The notes below the pieces were generated by a model, which was not told where the DNA came from, searched no databases, and was given only the letters and a program-made list of their open reading frames with translations. The translations under genes were made by a program, and so were the position numbers. DNA of 61,620 nucleotides, filler included, from Actinomycetales bacterium (lineage in GTDB: Bacteria; Actinomycetota; Actinomycetes; Actinomycetales; CAVURS01): NCBI GenBank assembly GCA_045807245.1. It is 4 parts of 4 records of this genome, joined end to end, with 100 filler letters (N's around TTAATTAATTAA, not from the genome) between each part and the next. Parts side by side here need not be neighbours in the genome. Positions count along the whole stretch, not along the records: positions 51,144 to 61,620 come from JBJMHS010000081.1; 3 more parts are not named here. One strand, written 5' to 3'. Below, piece after piece: positions 58,778 to 61,620 of this stretch (its first letter is position 1; every line of letters starts with the position of its first letter).

Positions 58778-58809
58778 CCGGCGGGGTCACGAATGACTAG
58801 CCCTGCCGG
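58778..58809 (-). terminator. Probable terminator hairpin after the RsbW-like gene
   Basis: Minus strand CCGGCAGGG..GTCA-TTCG-TGAC-CCCGCCGG with a UUCG loop. Confidence 0.45.
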
Positions 58810-58834
58810 GCAAAGACCTTCGAACCGGACAGCG

Positions 58835-59224
58835 TCAGCCCGGCGAGGCGACGCGGCCCGGCTGGACCCGCAGGCTGAACCACACGGTCTTGTCGCCGTC
58901 GTGGACGTCGACGCCCCACTCGTCGGAGAGGGCCTGGACGATGACCAGACCGCGGCCGCTGACGTCGGTCGGGGCCGGACGGCGCGGCACCGGTGGCTTC
59001 TCGCCCTCGTCGTTCACCTCCACCCGCACCCGGTCCAGGTCGGTGACGACCGTGACGTTGAACGGGCTGTGGGCGTGCTTCACGGCGTTGGTGGTCAGCT
59101 CGCTCACCATCAGCTCGATGCGCTCGCGCGTGGTCTGGGCCAGATCCGGCACCGCGCTCAGGACGAACGACCGGGCGGCCGCCACCGCGGACGCCTGGTT
59201 CGGGAAGGAGCGCCGCTCGATCAC
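58835..59224 (-). CDS. RsbW-like anti-sigma factor / HATPase_c protein
   Basis: AARSFV, LMVSELTTNAVKH, VEVNDEG, GRGL, WG and KTVWF motifs. Confidence 0.88.
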   Translation of the reverse strand: MIERRSFPNQASAVAAARSFVLSAVPDLAQTTRERIELMVSELTTNAVKHAHSPFNVTVVTDLDRVRVEVNDEGEKPPVPRRPAPTDVSGRGLVIVQALSDEWGVDVHDGDKTVWFSLRVQPGRVASPG

Positions 59225-59382
59225 GGCTCGGCCGGCAGCAGGCCGTCCAGTCCCGTCACGGCGAGCAGGCTATCGATGAGCCGGGCTCGCGCAACTTGTC
59301 CCGCGGGCGGTCGTAAGGCAGGGTGTGCACGACTTCGACACCGAGGTCGGCTCGACGTCGGTCGAAAGGACGTCGAAGGGAC

Positions 59383-60555
59383 ATGGACGAGGTGGCGACC
59401 GAGCCTGTTCTGCCCTCTGACCCGCTGACCGCAGACCTGCTGACATCGATGCTCGAGCAGGCCCGGCAGGAGATGCGCGCGGACACGGCCGCCGTACTCC
59501 AGCTGGACCCGTCCGGGACCTACCTCGACACGTACGCCGCGGTCGGCATCGACCTGACGGTCCGCGAGCGCGTGCGGATCCGGGTCGGTGACGGGTTCGC
59601 CGGCAAGGTGGCCGCCACCCGCGCGCCAGTCGTGGTCGACCACGTGTCGCCGCACAACGTCGTCAACCCCCTGCTGTTGGCCACGTCGGTCCGGTCGCTC
59701 CTGGGCGTGCCGTTGTTCGAGGACGAACGGCTCATCGGGGTCCTGCACGTCGGTTCGCTGACGGCTCGCGTCTTCGACGACACGGACGTCCGGCGACTGC
59801 AACGCCTGGCTGTCCTGGTCGCACGGGCCATCCTCGACGAGGTCTTGGCCCAGGACCGCGCCGCGACGGTCGCCCTGCAGCGCAGCCTCCTTCCGTCCAA
59901 GCTGCCCGACATCGAGGGCCTGGACATGGCGGCCCGGTACCTGCACGCGGAGGGGGTGCTCGGCGGCGACTGGTACGACGTGTTCAGCCTGCCGGGACGT
60001 CGCGTGGGGTTGGTCATGGGTGACGTCGCCGGCCACGGGTTCCCCGCGGCGGTCATCATGGGTCGGCTGCGCAGCGCGCTGCGCGCGTACACGCTCGAGT
60101 ACGACGACCCGGCCGACGTGCTGCACCGCCTCGACGTCAAGATCCAGCATTTCGAGCCGGGGGTGTTCGCAACGGTGCTGTACGTCGTCGCGGACTTCCC
60201 GTACGACCGGTTGCGGATCAGCTCGGCCGGCCATCCGGCGCCGCTGCTGTTCACCGCAGACGGCCGCGTCGACGTGGCACCGGTCACTCCGGACCTGCCG
60301 ATGGGGGCCGTCCACGACTTCCCCCGCCGCACGACGGAGGTCACGCTCGGACCGGGCGGCGGCCTGGTGATGTTCACCGACGGCCTCGTCGAGCGCCGTC
60401 CTCCGGGCGACTACTACGCGAGCCTCGAACGGCTCATGCGCGCGATCAAGCCGGTCAACGCGGAGCAGGCCTGCCTCGAGATCATCGACGCGATGTTCCA
60501 CGACAACGCCGTCGAGGACGACACGGCACTGCTCGTCGCCCGCCGCGAGTCGTGA
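59383..60555 (+). CDS. GAF plus SpoIIE/PP2C phosphatase (RsbU-like)
   Basis: GAF (GDGFAGKVA, SLLGVPL), LQRSLLP, GGDWYD, GDVAGHG, SAGHP, FTDGL and DD motifs. Confidence 0.92.
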   Translation: MDEVATEPVLPSDPLTADLLTSMLEQARQEMRADTAAVLQLDPSGTYLDTYAAVGIDLTVRERVRIRVGDGFAGKVAATRAPVVVDHVSPHNVVNPLLLATSVRSLLGVPLFEDERLIGVLHVGSLTARVFDDTDVRRLQRLAVLVARAILDEVLAQDRAATVALQRSLLPSKLPDIEGLDMAARYLHAEGVLGGDWYDVFSLPGRRVGLVMGDVAGHGFPAAVIMGRLRSALRAYTLEYDDPADVLHRLDVKIQHFEPGVFATVLYVVADFPYDRLRISSAGHPAPLLFTADGRVDVAPVTPDLPMGAVHDFPRRTTEVTLGPGGGLVMFTDGLVERRPPGDYYASLERLMRAIKPVNAEQACLEIIDAMFHDNAVEDDTALLVARRES

Positions 60556-60566
60556 CCGGCGTTCGG

Positions 60567-61619
60567 TCAGGCGCGTAGCGCCGGCGACAGCGCGGTGACG
60601 ACGTGCTCGGCGAAGGCCAGGCTCCCGGTCCACGCCGGCGACACGGCGTTCAGCACGTGCGTCGAGTGGTCGTCCGCACGTACCACGAAGTCCATCTCGA
60701 GCCGGCGGCTCGGCAGGTGGAACAGCTGAGCGCGGATGCCCGGCCGACCGCGCCGGCGGAAGTCCTGCGGCCGGACCGACGGCACGAGCCGCGCGGCCTC
60801 CTGGACCAGGTGTCGCCGCCACAGCATCGGCAGCTCGGCCCGCAGCAGGGCGGGTACGTCGTGGTGCCGGCTGGTGAGGAACCTCGGCAGAGTGCGGCTG
60901 ACCTCGCCCAGGTCGCGGGCCCGGAACCCGTTCCGGCCGCCGTACGCCTCCCGCCAGAGCGCGGGCATCGCGGTCGGACCGAGCTTCGCGTGCCCGTCGA
61001 CCGTGACCGTGACGTGCACGCCGAGGAACGGGTTGCGCGCGTCAGGGACCGGGTAGACATGACGCCGCAGCCGGCCGGGCTCCCAGGCGCCGTACCAGTA
61101 CTGGCCTTTGAACGGCAGCACGACGTAGTCGTCGGCCTGCCCGAACCAGCGGGCGACCCGGTCCGCGTGCAGGCCGGCGGCGTTGACGACATGACCCACC
61201 GACCACCGGCCGGCCGGGGTGAAGAGCACACCCGGCGCCGCAGCCGTCACCGGTTCGCCGAGCCGGATCTCACCGCCGCGCTCGCGCACCCGGCCGGCGA
61301 GCGCCGCCAGGACCGCCTCGGGTGAGGCAGTGGACGTCGTCGGCGACCACAACGCCGCGCCGACCGTGCGCGCGAGAGGTTCGAGCGCGCGCGCCCCTGC
61401 CTCGTCGACGCGCTCGAGCGGGACGTCGTTGGCGCGGCCGCGCGACTCGAGCTCGGTGAGCGCAGGCAGCTCGTCCTCGCTCCTCGTCACGACCAGCTTG
61501 CCGCAGCGACGGACCGGTACGCCGTACTCGTCACAGAACGCGTGCAGCAGCTGGTTCCCCTGACGGGTGAGCCGGGCCTTGAGCGTGTCCGGTGAGTAGT
61601 AGAAGCCGGCGTGCAGCAC
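60567..61619 (-). CDS. lhgO: L-2-hydroxyglutarate oxidase (5' end outside window)
   Basis: VLHAGFYY...LKA, NAAGLHAD, VYPVPD..NPFLGVH, GIRAQ and HVLNAVSPA motifs. Confidence 0.85.
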   Translation of the reverse strand: MLHAGFYYSPDTLKARLTRQGNQLLHAFCDEYGVPVRRCGKLVVTRSEDELPALTELESRGRANDVPLERVDEAGARALEPLARTVGAALWSPTTSTASPEAVLAALAGRVRERGGEIRLGEPVTAAAPGVLFTPAGRWSVGHVVNAAGLHADRVARWFGQADDYVVLPFKGQYWYGAWEPGRLRRHVYPVPDARNPFLGVHVTVTVDGHAKLGPTAMPALWREAYGGRNGFRARDLGEVSRTLPRFLTSRHHDVPALLRAELPMLWRRHLVQEAARLVPSVRPQDFRRRGRPGIRAQLFHLPSRRLEMDFVVRADDHSTHVLNAVSPAWTGSLAFAEHVVTALSPALRA

Positions 61620-61620
61620 G

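Noticed and set aside
58684..58834. c-di-GMP riboswitch upstream of the GGDEF-EAL gene
   Set aside because: A GGCAAA-like word is on the wrong strand and no P1/P2 architecture is evident; a terminator plus promoter explains the region.

Overview
High-GC actinobacterial DNA, probably a MAG or draft assembly. Four contigs are joined by artificial 100-nt N-linkers containing TTAATTAATTAA (21026-21125, 38207-38306, 51044-51143), so gene order across the linkers carries no information. Contig 1 holds an aldehyde-dehydrogenase pair, two PAP2 phosphatases, an aldo/keto reductase, a LacI-controlled sugar ABC/GH1/GH51 arabinoside-utilisation operon, a LAL-type regulator, an unannotated 37-aa basic protein, an MFS transporter and adenosine deaminase. 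Contig 2 holds pyrimidine-degradation genes, a glpF-dhaKLM operon with a divergent IclR regulator, a PAS-GGDEF-EAL protein and an NCS2 permease. Contig 3 is the Pup-proteasome locus (arc ... dop-pup-[endonuclease]-prcB-prcA ... pafA). Contig 4 holds LegB/LegC-type nucleotide-sugar genes, thioredoxin, a membrane GGDEF-EAL protein, an RsbW-like/PP2C pair and lhgO. The most notable signal is a low-GC, free-standing Zn-finger plus endonuclease-VII (HNH) gene between pup and prcB. The pup 3' end next to it is synonymously recoded to A/T-ending codons, and prcB has its own leaderless -10 element. This pattern fits an intron-less homing endonuclease that targets pup and carries a cleavage-resistant allele (inference). 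Other points of interest are matching WhiG/FliA-type promoters upstream of both c-di-GMP enzymes, a DUF4265-FAD oxidase fusion and an ALDH lacking its catalytic domain.
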